In this document: one piece after another, positions 1-11,583 of the stretch
Layout: every line of letters begins with the position of its first letter
Numbering within the stretch: the stretch's first letter is position 1
Origin: Escherichia coli
GTDB taxonomy: Bacteria > Pseudomonadota > Gammaproteobacteria > Enterobacterales > Enterobacteriaceae
DNA length: 64,000 bases
Reading direction: 5' to 3' (one strand)
Assembly (NCBI RefSeq): GCF_013122565.1
Contig: NZ_CP053258.1
Notes under the pieces: generated by a model
What the model was told of the DNA's origin: nothing
The model's input: only the letters and a program-made list of their open reading frames with translations
Database searches by the model: none
Program-made: the position numbers and the translations under genes

Positions 1-240
1 GCACTTAAATTAAATTTCCACAATAGATAACCGGGAATATATATCTCAAGAGATATTGCATCAATATCAATCAACTCACCACAATAATAATACCTATCAA
101 TATCATGGGGTTAAAATATAAAAATCATCAACCAGGACTAATCTTAACAACGAAGCGGCAAATATTTGCCATGCTGAATGTGCTTTATAAATCTGCGATC
201 CGTAGCAGACACCATAAATACACAGACACGGAGAATCACT

Positions 241-456
241 ATGTTTACTTATTATCAGGCAGAAAATTCAACAGCAGAACCCGCTCTGGTTAATGCCATT
301 GAGCAAGGCCTTCGGGCAGAGCACGGTGTTGTCACTGAAGATGACATTCTCATGGAGCTGACCAAATGGGTGGAAGCTTCTGATAACGACATCCTCAGTG
401 ATATCTACCAGCAAACGATCAATTATGTGGTCAGTGGCCAGCACCCTACGCTTTAA
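241..456 (+). CDS. bdm: Biofilm-dependent modulation protein Bdm (71 aa)
   Basis: ATG at 241 inside track ORF 178..456; translation MFTYYQAENSTAEPALVNAIEQGL... matches Bdm as I recall it; position upstream of sra/maeA as in K-12. Confidence 0.8.
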   Translation: MFTYYQAENSTAEPALVNAIEQGLRAEHGVVTEDDILMELTKWVEASDNDILSDIYQQTINYVVSGQHPTL

Positions 457-557
457 GGTGCTATGCTTGATCGGCAACCTAATTTAGGGGTTTAGCACGT
501 GTTTCTTCGCTACGGCGATGTTGTCCTTAAAACTAGCAACAGGATTGAGGAGTTAAA

Positions 558-695
558 ATGAAATCGAACCGTCAGGCACGTCATATTCTTGGACTGGACC
601 ATAAAATATCTAACCAGCGCAAAATAGTTACCGAAGGTGACAAATCCAGCGTGGTAAATAACCCAACCGGCAGAAAACGCCCCGCTGAAAAGTAA
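558..695 (+). CDS. sra: Stationary-phase ribosome-associated protein Sra / RpsV (45 aa)
   Basis: Not in ORF track (<60 aa). Hand translation [45 protein letters not shown]; GAGGAG Shine-Dalgarno 7 nt upstream; strong terminator follows. Confidence 0.8.
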
Positions 696-725
696 TTCAT
701 AACCATCAGTCCTCAATGACGATTA

Positions 726-760
726 AACACCATTGCCTGCGCAATGGTGTTTTTGTTTTT
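726..760 (+). terminator. Rho-independent terminator after sra
   Basis: Perfect 11-bp stem aacaccattgc / gcaatggtgtt with 4-nt loop, followed by TTTTTGTTTTT. Confidence 0.65.
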
Positions 761-851
761 ATCTGCTTTATACTTGGGGCCGACGCCCTGGCGGTAAAGC
801 AAAGACAATAAAAGCCCCCCAGGGATGGATATTCAAAAAAGAGTGAGTGAC

Positions 852-2549
852 ATGGAACCAAAAACAAAAAAACAGCGTTCGCTTTATATCCCTTACGCTG
901 GCCCTGTACTGCTGGAATTTCCGTTGTTGAATAAAGGCAGTGCCTTCAGCATGGAAGAACGCCGTAACTTCAACCTGCTGGGGTTACTGCCGGAAGTGGT
1001 CGAAACCATCGAAGAACAAGCGGAACGAGCATGGATCCAGTATCAGGGATTCAAAACCGAAATCGACAAGCACATCTACCTACGTAACATCCAGGACACC
1101 AACGAAACCCTCTTCTACCGTCTGGTAAACAATCATCTTGATGAGATGATGCCTGTTATTTATACCCCAACCGTCGGCGCAGCCTGTGAGCGTTTTTCTG
1201 AGATCTACCGCCGTTCACGCGGCGTGTTTATCTCTTATCAGAACCGCCACAATATGGACGATATTCTGCAAAACGTGCCGAACCATAATATTAAAGTGAT
1301 TGTGGTGACTGACGGTGAACGTATTCTGGGGCTTGGTGACCAGGGCATCGGCGGGATGGGCATTCCGATCGGTAAACTGTCGCTCTATACCGCCTGTGGC
1401 GGCATCAGCCCGGCGTATACCCTTCCGGTGGTGCTGGATGTCGGGACGAATAACCAACAGCTGCTTAACGATCCGCTGTATATGGGCTGGCGTAATCCGC
1501 GTATCACTGACGATGAATACTATGAATTCATTGATGAATTTATCCAGGCGGTGAAGCAACGCTGGCCGGACGTGCTGTTGCAGTTTGAAGACTTCGCTCA
1601 AAAAAATGCGATGCCGTTACTTAACCGCTATCGCAATGAAATTTGTTCTTTTAACGATGACATTCAGGGCACTGCGGCGGTAACAGTCGGCACACTGATC
1701 GCAGCAAGCCGCGCGGCAGGTGGTCAGTTAAGCGAGAAAAAAATCGTCTTCCTTGGCGCAGGTTCAGCGGGATGTGGCATTGCCGAAATGATCATCGCCC
1801 AGACCCAGCGCGAAGGATTAAGCGAGGAAGCAGCACGGCAGAAAGTCTTTATGGTCGATCGCTTTGGCCTGCTGACTGACAAGATGCCGAACCTGCTGCC
1901 TTTCCAGACCAAACTGGTGCAGAAGCGCGAAAACCTCAGTGACTGGGATACCGACAGCGATGTGCTGTCACTGCTGGATGTGGTGCGCAATGTAAAACCA
2001 GATATTCTGATTGGCGTCTCAGGACAGACCGGGCTGTTTACGGAAGAGATCATCCGTGAGATGCATAAACACTGTCCGCGTCCGATCGTGATGCCGCTGT
2101 CTAACCCGACGTCACGCGTGGAAGCCACACCGCAGGACATTATCGCCTGGACCGAAGGTAATGCGCTGGTCGCCACGGGCAGTCCGTTTAATCCAGTGGT
2201 ATGGAAAGATAAAATCTACCCTATCGCCCAGTGTAACAACGCCTTTATTTTCCCGGGCATCGGGCTGGGTGTTATTGCTTCCGGCGCGTCACGTATCACC
2301 GATGAGATGCTGATGTCAGCAAGTGAAACGCTTGCTCAGTATTCGCCGCTGGTGCTGAACGGCGAAGGTCTGGTACTACCGGAACTGAAAGATATTCAGA
2401 AAGTCTCCCGCGCAATTGCGTTTGCGGTTGGCAAAATGGCGCAGCAGCAAGGCGTGGCGGTCAAAACGTCTGCTGAAGCTTTGCAACAAGCCATTGACGA
2501 TAATTTCTGGCAAGCCGAATACCGCGACTACCGCCGAACCTCAATCTAA
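852..2549 (+). CDS. maeA: NAD-dependent malic enzyme (565 aa)
   Basis: Track ORF 825..2549; 565-aa form starts at internal ATG ([23 protein letters not shown]...). Malic enzyme family, recognised from sequence. Alternative start 825. Confidence 0.93.
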   Translation: MEPKTKKQRSLYIPYAGPVLLEFPLLNKGSAFSMEERRNFNLLGLLPEVVETIEEQAERAWIQYQGFKTEIDKHIYLRNIQDTNETLFYRLVNNHLDEMMPVIYTPTVGAACERFSEIYRRSRGVFISYQNRHNMDDILQNVPNHNIKVIVVTDGERILGLGDQGIGGMGIPIGKLSLYTACGGISPAYTLPVVLDVGTNNQQLLNDPLYMGWRNPRITDDEYYEFIDEFIQAVKQRWPDVLLQFEDFAQKNAMPLLNRYRNEICSFNDDIQGTAAVTVGTLIAASRAAGGQLSEKKIVFLGAGSAGCGIAEMIIAQTQREGLSEEAARQKVFMVDRFGLLTDKMPNLLPFQTKLVQKRENLSDWDTDSDVLSLLDVVRNVKPDILIGVSGQTGLFTEEIIREMHKHCPRPIVMPLSNPTSRVEATPQDIIAWTEGNALVATGSPFNPVVWKDKIYPIAQCNNAFIFPGIGLGVIASGASRITDEMLMSASETLAQYSPLVLNGEGLVLPELKDIQKVSRAIAFAVGKMAQQQGVAVKTSAEALQQAIDDNFWQAEYRDYRRTSI

Positions 2550-2556
2550 GCCTGTA

Positions 2557-2597
2557 CCCGGTAGTGAAGGCTACCGGGCAATTTTCCTCCTCTTTTT
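2557..2597 (+). terminator. Putative terminator hairpin after maeA
   Basis: Stem cccggtag / ctaccggg, then T-rich caattttcctcctcttttt. Confidence 0.4.
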
Positions 2598-2681
2598 CAG
2601 ATCTCATCCATACTGGGTAGTGGTGATTAAATCTCATTTGCCTCACCTGCTATGCAGAACATCATCCGAAAAGGAGGAACT

Positions 2682-3692
2682 ATGAAGGCTGCAGTTGTTA
2701 CGAAGGATCATCATGTTGACGTTACGGATAAAACACTGCGCTCACTGAAACATGGCGAAGCCCTGCTGAAAATGGAGTGTTGTGGTGTATGTCATACCGA
2801 TCTTCATGTTAAGAATGGCGATTTTGGTGACAAAACCGGCGTAATTCTGGGCCATGAAGGGATTGGTGTGGTGGCAGAAGTGGGTCCAGGTGTCACCTCA
2901 TTAAAACCAGGCGATCGTGCCAGCGTGGCGTGGTTTTACGAAGGATGCGGTCATTGCGAATACTGTAACAGTGGTAACGAAACGCTCTGCCGTTCAGTTA
3001 AAAATGCCGGATACAGCGTTGATGGCGGGATGGCGGAAGAGTGCATAGTGGTCGCCGATTACGCGGTAAAAGTGCCAGATGGCCTGGACTCGGCGGCGGC
3101 CAGCAGCATTACCTGTGCGGGGGTCACCACCTACAAAGCCGTTAAGCTGTCAAAAATTCGTCCAGGGCAGTGGATTGCTATCTACGGTCTTGGCGGTCTG
3201 GGTAACCTCGCCCTGCAATACGCGAAGAATGTCTTTAACGCCAAAGTGATCGCCATTGATGTCAATGATGAGCAGTTAAAACTGGCAACCGAAATGGGCG
3301 CTGATTTAGCGATTAACTCACGCACTGAAGACGCCGCCAAAATTGTGCAGGAGAAAACCGGTGGCGCTCACGCTGCGGTGGTAACAGCAGTAGCTAAAGC
3401 TGCGTTTAACTCGGCAGTTGATGCTGTCCGTGCAGGTGGGCGTGTTGTGGCAGTCGGTCTGCCGCCGGAGTCTATGAGCCTGGATATCCCACGCCTTGTG
3501 CTGGATGGCATTGAAGTGGTCGGTTCTCTGGTCGGCACGCGCCAGGATCTAACCGAAGCCTTCCAGTTTGCCGCCGAAGGCAAAGTGGTGCCGAAAGTCG
3601 CCCTGCGTCCGTTAGCGGACATCAACACCATCTTTACCGAGATGGAAGAAGGCAAAATCCGTGGCCGTATGGTGATTGATTTCCGCCGCTAA
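2682..3692 (+). CDS. adhP: Zn-dependent alcohol dehydrogenase, propanol-preferring (336 aa)
   Basis: Track ORF 2652..3692; start at MKAAVV with AAGGAGGAA SD; GHEGIGVV and CGHCEYC zinc-ADH motifs. Confidence 0.93.
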   Translation: MKAAVVTKDHHVDVTDKTLRSLKHGEALLKMECCGVCHTDLHVKNGDFGDKTGVILGHEGIGVVAEVGPGVTSLKPGDRASVAWFYEGCGHCEYCNSGNETLCRSVKNAGYSVDGGMAEECIVVADYAVKVPDGLDSAAASSITCAGVTTYKAVKLSKIRPGQWIAIYGLGGLGNLALQYAKNVFNAKVIAIDVNDEQLKLATEMGADLAINSRTEDAAKIVQEKTGGAHAAVVTAVAKAAFNSAVDAVRAGGRVVAVGLPPESMSLDIPRLVLDGIEVVGSLVGTRQDLTEAFQFAAEGKVVPKVALRPLADINTIFTEMEEGKIRGRMVIDFRR

Positions 3693-3837
3693 GAGGCCTT
3701 TGCTGCGACTGCCATGTTCGGGTCGCAGCATCGCACACTCTCCAACATGAAATGGCTAAATGGATTATTGTTGCGTAGGAAGGAACAATAATGATAGTGT
3801 TCCCAGAGAAGGAACGCTACTGAGAGTAAAGACACTA

Positions 3838-4122
3838 ATGAAAATGGCCAATCATCCCCGCCCGGGGGACATTATTCAGGAATCACTGGACGAACTTAAT
3901 GTCAGCCTGCGCGAGTTTGCCAGAGCAATGGAAATTGCTCCCTCAACGGCAAGCCGATTGCTGACAGGAAAAGCAGCTTTGACGCCAGAAATGGCAATTA
4001 AACTTTCCGTGGTGATCGGCAGTTCGCCGCAAATGTGGCTGAATCTGCAAAACGCCTGGAGTCTGGCAGAGGCTGAAAAAACGGTGGATGTGTCGCGATT
4101 ACGCCGTCTGGTTACGCAATAA
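3838..4122 (+). CDS. yddM: HigA-family XRE/HTH antitoxin-like regulator (94 aa)
   Basis: Track ORF 3760..4122; 94-aa form starts [56 protein letters not shown] (HTH). No toxin partner visible upstream. Confidence 0.75.
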
Positions 4123-4174
4123 AAAAATGGAACTTTATAAAGCGCCATTTAGAACTGATGACAAACGCAACATT

Positions 4175-4290
4175 GCCTGATGCGCTACGCTTATCAGGCC
4201 TACATGTTCACTGCAATCTATTGTATTTGAAGGGTTTGTAGGCCGGATAAGGCGTTCACGCCGCATCCGGCATGAACAAAGCCTACGTTG
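4175..4290. repeat. REP/BIME-type extragenic palindromic repeat cluster
   Basis: gcctgatgcgctacgcttatcaggcctac and ggccggataaggcgttcacgccgcatccggca, typical E. coli REP units, in the convergent yddM/fdnI gap. Confidence 0.6.
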
Positions 4291-4350
4291 TCTACAATAT
4301 GAAAATGACGCCTTTTACAGCGCCATTTTCAGCTTAAAGTTCAAAAGAGA

Positions 4351-5004
4351 TTATATCCCTTCTTCACTCTCTTTTTTCGCTTCTGCCTTCTCGATTTCAC
4401 GATACCAGCGCGGATGGTGTTTCTTCGCCCAGCGACGGCTCACCTTCCCTTCGATCATCCCTTTAATCGATCCTTTCACCCAGAATGCCATATACATATG
4501 GATCAGGATGGCGTGGATCAGGATGATACCCGCAGCCGCGTGGATCAGCAGGCTGTAGCGAACAACTTGCATCGGGAAGTACTGCGCAAAGTACGGACGC
4601 CAGATAATTACCCCGGTCACCAGCAGCACAAAAATCATACTCATGATTGACCAGAACATCATCTTTTGCCCGGCGTTGTACTTACCAACATCCGCCACTT
4701 TATGCTCATTGCCTTTCAATACTTCGACAATGTTCAACAGCCACGGAATATCTTTCTTATCCGGGATGTTGTGATGCACAAAACGCACAAACATAAACAT
4801 CAGCGCGACGAAAATCGCAATGCCGAAGAACGGGTGCAAAATGCGTCCCATCTGCGGCGTACCGAAGGTTTGCGTCAGCCATTGCAGCGTCGGGAAGAAG
4901 AACGAAATCCCGGACAGCGCCACCAGGAAGAAGCAAATCACCACGGTCCAGTGACAGGCGCGATCAATAAATTTGGTGCGCACAATCATTTTCGACTTAC
5001 TCAT
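4351..5004 (-). CDS. fdnI: Formate dehydrogenase-N gamma subunit, cytochrome b556 (217 aa)
   Basis: Track ORF 4351..5046; 217-aa form starts [19 protein letters not shown]; hydrophobic helices with His ligands; overlaps fdnH stop by 8 nt. Confidence 0.92.
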
Positions 5005-5881
5005 GATGATCCTCCTCGTCATCGTCCACTTCCTTATTCGGGCCAATACCGATGTAGTGGAAAATCAACCCGGCAAAAGTGGCAATAAAGCCAGCCGCTG
5101 CCAGCGGTTTCAACGCGCCTTTCCACAGGCTTACCGAGGTGTCGATCTTCGGATCTTTCGGCAGACCGTGATACAGCTCCGGCTGATCGGCGTGATGCAG
5201 CACGTACATAACGTGCGTACCACCGACCCCTTCCGGGTTGTAGACGCCAGCATGTTCGTAACCACGCGCTTTCAGTTTCGCCACGCGCTGTTCCGCCAGC
5301 TCCAGCATCTCCTTCTTGGTGCCGAAGTGGATAGCCCCGGTCGGACAGGTTTTCACACAAGCCGGTTCCTGGCCGACGCTGACGCGATCGACGCAGAGCG
5401 TGCATTTATATACCCGGTTATCCTCTTTGTTGAGGCGCGGAATATTAAACGGACACCCGGCAATGCAGTAACCACAGCCGATGCAGTTTTCCGACTGGAA
5501 ATCGACAATCCCGTTAGCGTACTGAATGATTGCACCAGCAGATGGGCACGCCTTCAGGCAGCCGGGATCTTCACAGTGCATACAGCCGTCTTTACGGATC
5601 AGCCACTCCAGCTTGCCGTTCTGTTCGGTTTCGCTAAAGCGCATCACCGTCCAGGACTTGGCGCTCAGATCGGCGGGGTTATCGTAAACCCCGACGCAGT
5701 GCCCCACTTCATCACGGATGTCGTTCCACTCCGAACACGCCACCTGACAGGCTTTACAACCGATACAGGTGGAAACGTCGATAAGCTTCGCGACTTCTGC
5801 TTTGTAATCACGCACCTGAGAAGGCGGCGTGATGGAGTTAGTTGCGGACCTTTTGATAATGTCCTGCGTTTCCATAGCCAT
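4997..5881 (-). CDS. fdnH: Formate dehydrogenase-N beta subunit, 4x[4Fe-4S] (294 aa)
   Basis: Track ORF 294 aa; multiple CxxCxxCxxxCP ferredoxin motifs ([45 protein letters not shown]). Confidence 0.93.
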   Translation of the reverse strand: MAMETQDIIKRSATNSITPPSQVRDYKAEVAKLIDVSTCIGCKACQVACSEWNDIRDEVGHCVGVYDNPADLSAKSWTVMRFSETEQNGKLEWLIRKDGCMHCEDPGCLKACPSAGAIIQYANGIVDFQSENCIGCGYCIAGCPFNIPRLNKEDNRVYKCTLCVDRVSVGQEPACVKTCPTGAIHFGTKKEMLELAEQRVAKLKARGYEHAGVYNPEGVGGTHVMYVLHHADQPELYHGLPKDPKIDTSVSLWKGALKPLAAAGFIATFAGLIFHYIGIGPNKEVDDDEEDHHE

Positions 5882-5893
5882 CTGTTCGCCCCC

Positions 5894-8800
5894 TTACGCC
5901 TTCTCGATGTTGACTAAGAACGCTTTATATTCCGGCGTTTGCGAGTTTGCATCACCGACATTCGGCGTCAGAGTGTTAGCGATATAACCTTTACGCGCGA
6001 CACCCTCAAAGCCCCAGTGGATCGGAATACCCACCGTTTCAACCTGCTGACCATTTACATTCAGCGGTTTCAGACGGCGCGTTACCACCGCCACCGCGCG
6101 GATAAAGCCACGCTTGCTTGAGACAGTGACACGATCGCCATTATTAATGCCTTTCGCCGCCGCCAGCGTTTCGCTGATTTCCACAAACTGTTCCGGCTGA
6201 GCAATTGCGTTGAGCAACGCGTGCTTGGTCCAGGTGTGGAAGTGCTCGGTCAGACGATAGGTCGTACCCACATACGGGAACTGCTCTTTTTTACCCATCC
6301 GCAGCGCGTCTTGTTCATACAGACGAACGACCGGGTTAGACACCACGTTCGGATGCAGCGGGTTAGTGCCCAGCGGCGTTTCAATCGGCTCGTAGTGTTC
6401 CGGGAACGGACCTTCCGCCATTTTGTTGATGGCAAACAGGCGTCCCATCCCTTCCGGCTGCATGATAAACGGCCCGGTTGGCGTACCCGGTGCGGCATTG
6501 CCGAAGTCCGGAATATCGTTACCCGTCCACTTGCTGCCGTTCCACTGGATCAGCATCCGTTTCGGATCCCACGGTTTACCGTTGATATCCGCCGAAGCAC
6601 GGTTGTAGAGTACGCGACGGTTGAGCGGCCACGCCCAGGCCCATCCCAGCGTATTCCCCAGACCGGACGGGTCGGAGTTATCGCGGTTAGCCATCTGGTT
6701 GCCCTGCTCTGTCCAGCTACCGGTGTAGATCCAGCAAGAAGATGCGGTTGTACCGTCATCACGCAGATGCGCAAAGCTACTCAGCAACTGACCTTTCTTC
6801 GCAATCAGCACGCCATTTGCGTCATAGAGATCTTCCAGCGCATAGCCGTTGTTCTCTTTTGCCACTTCGTCAGATTGCGGTTCGTGCGGCTGCTTGTAGT
6901 TCCAGCTCATCTTCATCAGCGGTTCTACGCCTTTACCACCTTCGGCCTGGTACAGCTCGCGCAGATGATGGTAGATACCCGCCAGAATTTCGCCGTCGTT
7001 ACGCGCTTCGCCCGGCGCGTCCTGACCTTTCCAGTGCCACTGCAACCAGCGACCGGAGTTAGCGATAGAACCATCTTCTTCGGCAAAGCAGGTCGAAGGC
7101 AGACGGAATACTTCAGTCTGAATAGACGCCGGATCGACATCGTTCGACTCGCCGTGGTTCTGCCAGAAGGTAGAGGTTTCAGTCACCAGCGGATCGATAA
7201 CCACCATGTACTTCAGCTTGCTCAGGCAGCTCACCACTTTGTTTTTGTCCGGGAAGGACGCAACCGGGTTAAAGCCCTGGCAGAAATAACCGGTGACTTT
7301 GCCTTCGTCCATCATGTTGAAATACTTGATGACGTCGTAGGTCTGGTCCCACTTCGGCAGCCAGTCATAGCCCCAGTTGTTCTCTTTCTGCGCGGCATCG
7401 CCATAGAAAGATTTCATCAGGCTAACGAAGAACTTCGGATAGTTGCTCCAGTAGTTCACCTGATCAGCCAGCGTCGCTTTCGGCGTGTTCGCTTCCAGAT
7501 ACGACTGCAAATCAACCTGTTTTTCTGACGGCAGCGTCAGATAACCTGGCAGGCTGGTAGAGAGCAGGCCTAAGTCAGTCAGGCCCTGAATGTTGGAGTG
7601 ACCACGCAATGCGTTCACGCCGCCACCGGCCATACCCATGTTACCGAGCAGCAACTGGATCATCGCCATAGTACGGATGTTCTGCGCACCCACGGTGTGC
7701 TGCGTCCAGCCCAGCGCGTACAGGAAGGTGGTTGTGCGATCCGGTGCGCTGGTGGAGGCCAGCACTTCACACACTTTCAGGAAGTCGGCTTTTGGCGTAC
7801 CGCAGATGTTTTCAACGACGTCCGGCGTGTAGCGGGAAACGTGCGCTTTCAGCAGGTTCCACACACAGCGCGGATGAGTCAGTGTTTCATCGCGTTTCGC
7901 ATAGCCGTTTTCATCGAACTGATAGTTCCAGGACGATTTATCGTATTGCCGTTTTTCAGCGTCGTAGCCGCTGAACAGACCGTCTTCGAAAGCAAAATCA
8001 TCACGCACCAGCAGGCTGGCGTTGGTGTAATGCTTAACATATTCGGCGTTGATTTTGTTGTTTTCGATCAGGTAGCGCAAAACGCCAGACAGGAACGTAA
8101 TGTCCGTACCGGAACGAATAGGTGCGTAAATATCCGCCACAGAAGCGGTACGCGTAAAACGGGGATCGACAACGATCAGGGTTGCATCGTTGTTGTTTTT
8201 CGCTTCCATCGCCCAGCGGAAACCGACGGGATGCGCTTCCGCAGCGTTACCGCCCATTACCATTACGACGTTAGCGTTTTTGATATCCACCCAGTGGTTG
8301 GTCATCGCACCGCGACCAAATGTTGGAGCAAGACTTGCTACCGTTGGTCCGTGTCAGACGCGCGCCTGGTTGTCTACCGCCAGCATCCCGAGGGAGCGGG
8401 CAAATTTCTGGGTCAGCATCCCGGTTTCGTTGCTGGCACCGGAGGCACACAGCATACCGGTAGAAAGCCAACGGTTTACCGTTACGCCCTGCTCGTTCTT
8501 TTCAATAAAGTTAGCGTCACGGTCAGCTTTCATCAGCTTCGCAATACGGGTGAATGCTTCTTCCCAGCTAATGCGCTGCCATTTGTCAGAACCTGGCGCA
8601 CGATATTCCGGGTAGCGCAGACGGTTTTCGCTGTTGACGTAATCCAGCAAACCGGCCCCTTTCGGACACAGCGCACCACGGCTTACCGGATGATCCGGGT
8701 CACCTTCAATGTGATAAATCGCTTCTCTGGCGTTTTTCGCGCCATCACCCAGGCTATACATCAATAGCCCGCAACCTACGGAACAGTATGTGCAGGTGTT

Positions 8801-8941
8801 ACGGATCTCTTTAGCGCGTAATAATTTGTAGTTTCGCGCCTGAGCCAGTGCTTGCTTCGGGGCAAAGCCCAATGCCGCTACTGTTGTTCCAGCCATACCG
8901 CCCGCGCAGATTTTAAAAAATTGTCTGCGACTGACGTCCAT
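5894..8941 (-). CDS. fdnG: Formate dehydrogenase-N alpha subunit, selenoprotein (1015 aa with Sec at codon 196)
   Basis: Two track ORFs (8354..8941 and 5894..8305) in the same frame, separated only by TGA at 8354-8356, with no stop in the 16 codons between. Twin-arginine signal MDVSRRQFFK. Molybdopterin oxidoreductase. Confidence 0.92.
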
Positions 8942-8989
8942 TGCTTTCCTCTTTTTTCAGGGGTATTACTGCGCGAGGAAACTAACAGT

Positions 8990-9085
8990 AAAATTCTGAA
9001 TCTTTTTGCGCGAAATCAAAAAGAACACGTGTTTGCCACAAAATAATCCGCCTGCGCAAATTGACCTACCTCAATAGCGGTAGAA
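8990..9085 (-). promoter_or_regulatory. Putative fdnG promoter region with FNR-like and NarL 7-2-7-like sites
   Basis: Top strand TTGCGCGAAATCAA (bottom strand TTGATttcgCGCAA, FNR-like half-site pair) near 9007-9020, and inverted heptamers TACCTCA-at-AGCGGTA near 9067-9082. Matched by eye to consensus; fdnGHI is known to be nitrate/anaerobically induced. Confidence 0.4.
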
Positions 9086-9172
9086 AAACGCACCACTGCC
9101 TGACAGGCCAGTTAAAAAAATGCTATAAAATTCAGCTTAATTTTTAACGGCAAGAGAGACAAAACAGCGAGC

Positions 9173-10054
9173 ATGACACGACAAAAAGCAACGCTCATAG
9201 GGCTAATAGCGATCGTCCTGTGGAGCACGATGGTAGGATTGATTCGCGGTGTCAGTGAGGGGCTCGGCCCGGTCGGCGGTGCAGCTGCTATCTATTCATT
9301 AAGCGGGCTGCTGTTAATCTTCACAGTTGGATTTCCGCGTATTCGGCAAATCCCGAAAGGCTATTTGCTCGCCGGGAGTCTGTTATTCGTCAGCTATGAA
9401 ATCTGTCTGGCGCTTTCATTAGGGTATGCGGCGACCCGTCATCAGGCGATTGAAGTGGGTATGGTGAACTATCTATGGCCCAGCCTGACAATTCTCTTTG
9501 CCATTCTGTTTAATGGTCAGAAAACCAACTGGCTGATTGTACCAGGATTATTATTAGCCCTCGTCGGCGTCTGCTGGGTGCTAGGCGGTGACAATGGGTT
9601 ACATTATGATGAAATCATCAATAATATCACCACCAGTCCATTGAGTTATTTCCTGGCGTTTATTGGTGCGTTTATCTGGGCAGCCTATTGCACAGTAACG
9701 AATAAATACGCACGCGGATTTAATGGAATTACCGTTTTTGTCCTGCTAACGGGAGCAAGTCTGTGGGTTTACTATTTTCTCACGCCACAACCAGAAATGG
9801 TATTTAGCACGCCCGTCATGATTAAACTCATCTCTGCGGCATTTACCTTAGGATTTGCTTATGCTGCATGGAATGTCGGTATATTGCATGGCAACGTCAC
9901 TATTATGGCGGTAGGTTCGTATTTTACGCCCGTACTTTCCTCAGCGCTTGCAGCCGTGCTGCTCAGCGCCCCGCTGTCGTTCTCGTTCTGGCAAGGCGCG
10001 CTAATGGTCTGCGGCGGTTCCCTGCTCTGCTGGCTGGCGACACGTCGTGGTTAA
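9173..10054 (+). CDS. yddG: Aromatic amino acid exporter, DMT superfamily (293 aa)
   Basis: Track ORF 293 aa, polytopic membrane protein; position downstream of fdnG as in K-12. Confidence 0.88.
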   Translation: MTRQKATLIGLIAIVLWSTMVGLIRGVSEGLGPVGGAAAIYSLSGLLLIFTVGFPRIRQIPKGYLLAGSLLFVSYEICLALSLGYAATRHQAIEVGMVNYLWPSLTILFAILFNGQKTNWLIVPGLLLALVGVCWVLGGDNGLHYDEIINNITTSPLSYFLAFIGAFIWAAYCTVTNKYARGFNGITVFVLLTGASLWVYYFLTPQPEMVFSTPVMIKLISAAFTLGFAYAAWNVGILHGNVTIMAVGSYFTPVLSSALAAVLLSAPLSFSFWQGALMVCGGSLLCWLATRRG

Positions 10055-10313
10055 AATAACTGCCGGGTCTACGGCCCGGCAGTTAATCAGATAAATTCCG
10101 ACAATATTAAAAAAATAAACTTCAAATACCAGTAATTCACCTTATATCTCATTTCGACTTCGATCACATATCGATAAATAATATTATTTCATCTATTTTT
10201 CTCATTGTTTTTAATCACCGTTCTATTTTAAAAACAGTATGTCATTTATAAATGACGCCGTTTAAAATTCGTTTAGAAAATACGTTTAACGATAATTAAA
10301 AGGATTCTGTTAA

Positions 10314-11414
10314 ATGAAATTAAAAATAGTTGCGGTGGTTGTAACTGGTTTGTTAGCTGCGAACGTAGCACACGCTGCCGAAGTCTATAACAAGGATGGT
10401 AATAAACTCGACCTTTATGGCAAGGTTACCGCTCTACGTTATTTTACTGATGATAAGCGTGACGATGGTGATAAAACTTATGCCCGTCTCGGCTTTAAAG
10501 GAGAAACGCAAATCAATGATCAAATAGTTGGTTTTGGTCACTGGGAATATGATTTTAAAGGCTATAACGATGAAGCCAACGGCTCGCGCGGCAACAAGAC
10601 CCGTCTGGCCTATGCAGGTTTAAAAATTAGTGATTTTGGCTCTCTGGACTATGGTCGTAACTACGGTGTCGGCTATGACATTGGTTCATGGACCGATATG
10701 TTGCCAGAATTTGGTGGCGATACCTGGAGTCAGAAAGATGTCTTCATGACATACCGTACCACCGGTGTAGCAACCTATCGCAACTACGATTTCTTTGGCT
10801 TAATTGAAGGGCTGAACTTTGCCGCGCAATATCAAGGCAAAAATGAACGTACTGACAACAGTCATCTTTATGGTGCTGACTACACGCGCGCCAACGGTGA
10901 CGGTTTCGGTATCTCCTCAACTTATGTTTATGATGGCTTTGGTATCGGTGCGGTATATACCAAATCTGATCGGACAAATGCGCAGGAAAGAGCCGCTGCT
11001 AATCCTCTCAATGCCTCCGGTAAGAATGCAGAACTGTGGGCTACAGGTATAAAATATGGTGCCAACAACATCTACTTTGCAGCTAATTACGCTGAAACAT
11101 TAAACATGACCACCTATGGCGATGGTTATATCTCGAACAAAGCACAAAGTTTTGAAGTGGTGGCGCAATATCAATTCGACTTCGGCTTGCGCCCATCACT
11201 CGCTTACCTGAAATCGAAAGGCAGAGATCTGGGCCGCTACGGCGACCAGGACATGATTGAGTATATCGACGTTGGTGCGACGTATTTCTTCAACAAAAAT
11301 ATGTCGACCTATGTTGATTATAAAATCAACCTGATTGATGAAAGCGATTTTACCCGTGCCGTAGATATTCGCACCGATAACATCGTCGCTACGGGCATTA
11401 CCTATCAGTTCTAA
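10314..11414 (+). CDS. yddL: General porin, OmpC/OmpF/PhoE family (366 aa), intact
   Basis: Signal peptide [27 protein letters not shown], porin-typical GxxYxF beta-strand periodicity and C-terminal ...GITYQF. Symbol is by position; this locus is a pseudogene in K-12 as I recall. Confidence 0.85.
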   Translation: MKLKIVAVVVTGLLAANVAHAAEVYNKDGNKLDLYGKVTALRYFTDDKRDDGDKTYARLGFKGETQINDQIVGFGHWEYDFKGYNDEANGSRGNKTRLAYAGLKISDFGSLDYGRNYGVGYDIGSWTDMLPEFGGDTWSQKDVFMTYRTTGVATYRNYDFFGLIEGLNFAAQYQGKNERTDNSHLYGADYTRANGDGFGISSTYVYDGFGIGAVYTKSDRTNAQERAAANPLNASGKNAELWATGIKYGANNIYFAANYAETLNMTTYGDGYISNKAQSFEVVAQYQFDFGLRPSLAYLKSKGRDLGRYGDQDMIEYIDVGATYFFNKNMSTYVDYKINLIDESDFTRAVDIRTDNIVATGITYQF

Positions 11415-11426
11415 CATCCTCTCCTG

Positions 11427-11452
11427 ACCAGCCCTTCTCTGGGCTGGTTTTT
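11427..11452 (+). terminator. Rho-independent terminator after porin gene
   Basis: Stem accagccc / gggctggt with loop ttctct, followed by TTTTT. Confidence 0.6.
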
Positions 11453-11583
11453 GATGTAAGTGCTGCTGTATGAATCCTTAAGTAAAAATGAGCAATTTTT
11501 GATATTTCTGAACATTCACCTCAATTAATATTATTCCATACCCTCCGGGGACATCTTACTATAATATTTATTGATGAGTGATT

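Noticed and set aside
1-240. The osmC/bdm upstream regulatory region at the window start
   Set aside because: AT-rich and plausibly promoter DNA, but the window begins mid-region and I cannot place -35/-10 elements or regulator sites reliably.
4973-5917. 314-aa plus-strand ORF overlapping fdnH
   Set aside because: Antisense shadow ORF; fdnH on the minus strand has clear ferredoxin cysteine motifs, the plus-strand product has no recognisable features.
6221-8767. Large plus-strand ORFs (435 aa at 6221..7528 and 389 aa at 7598..8767) inside fdnG
   Set aside because: They lie antisense within a well-supported molybdopterin oxidoreductase gene; their translations are Arg/Val/His-rich low-complexity typical of shadow frames in GC-rich coding DNA.
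10058-10086. Hairpin after yddG (ctgccggg…cccggcag) as an intrinsic terminator
   Set aside because: A GC-rich palindrome is present but there is no following U-run; it is more likely a REP-like or structural element, so not called as a terminator.
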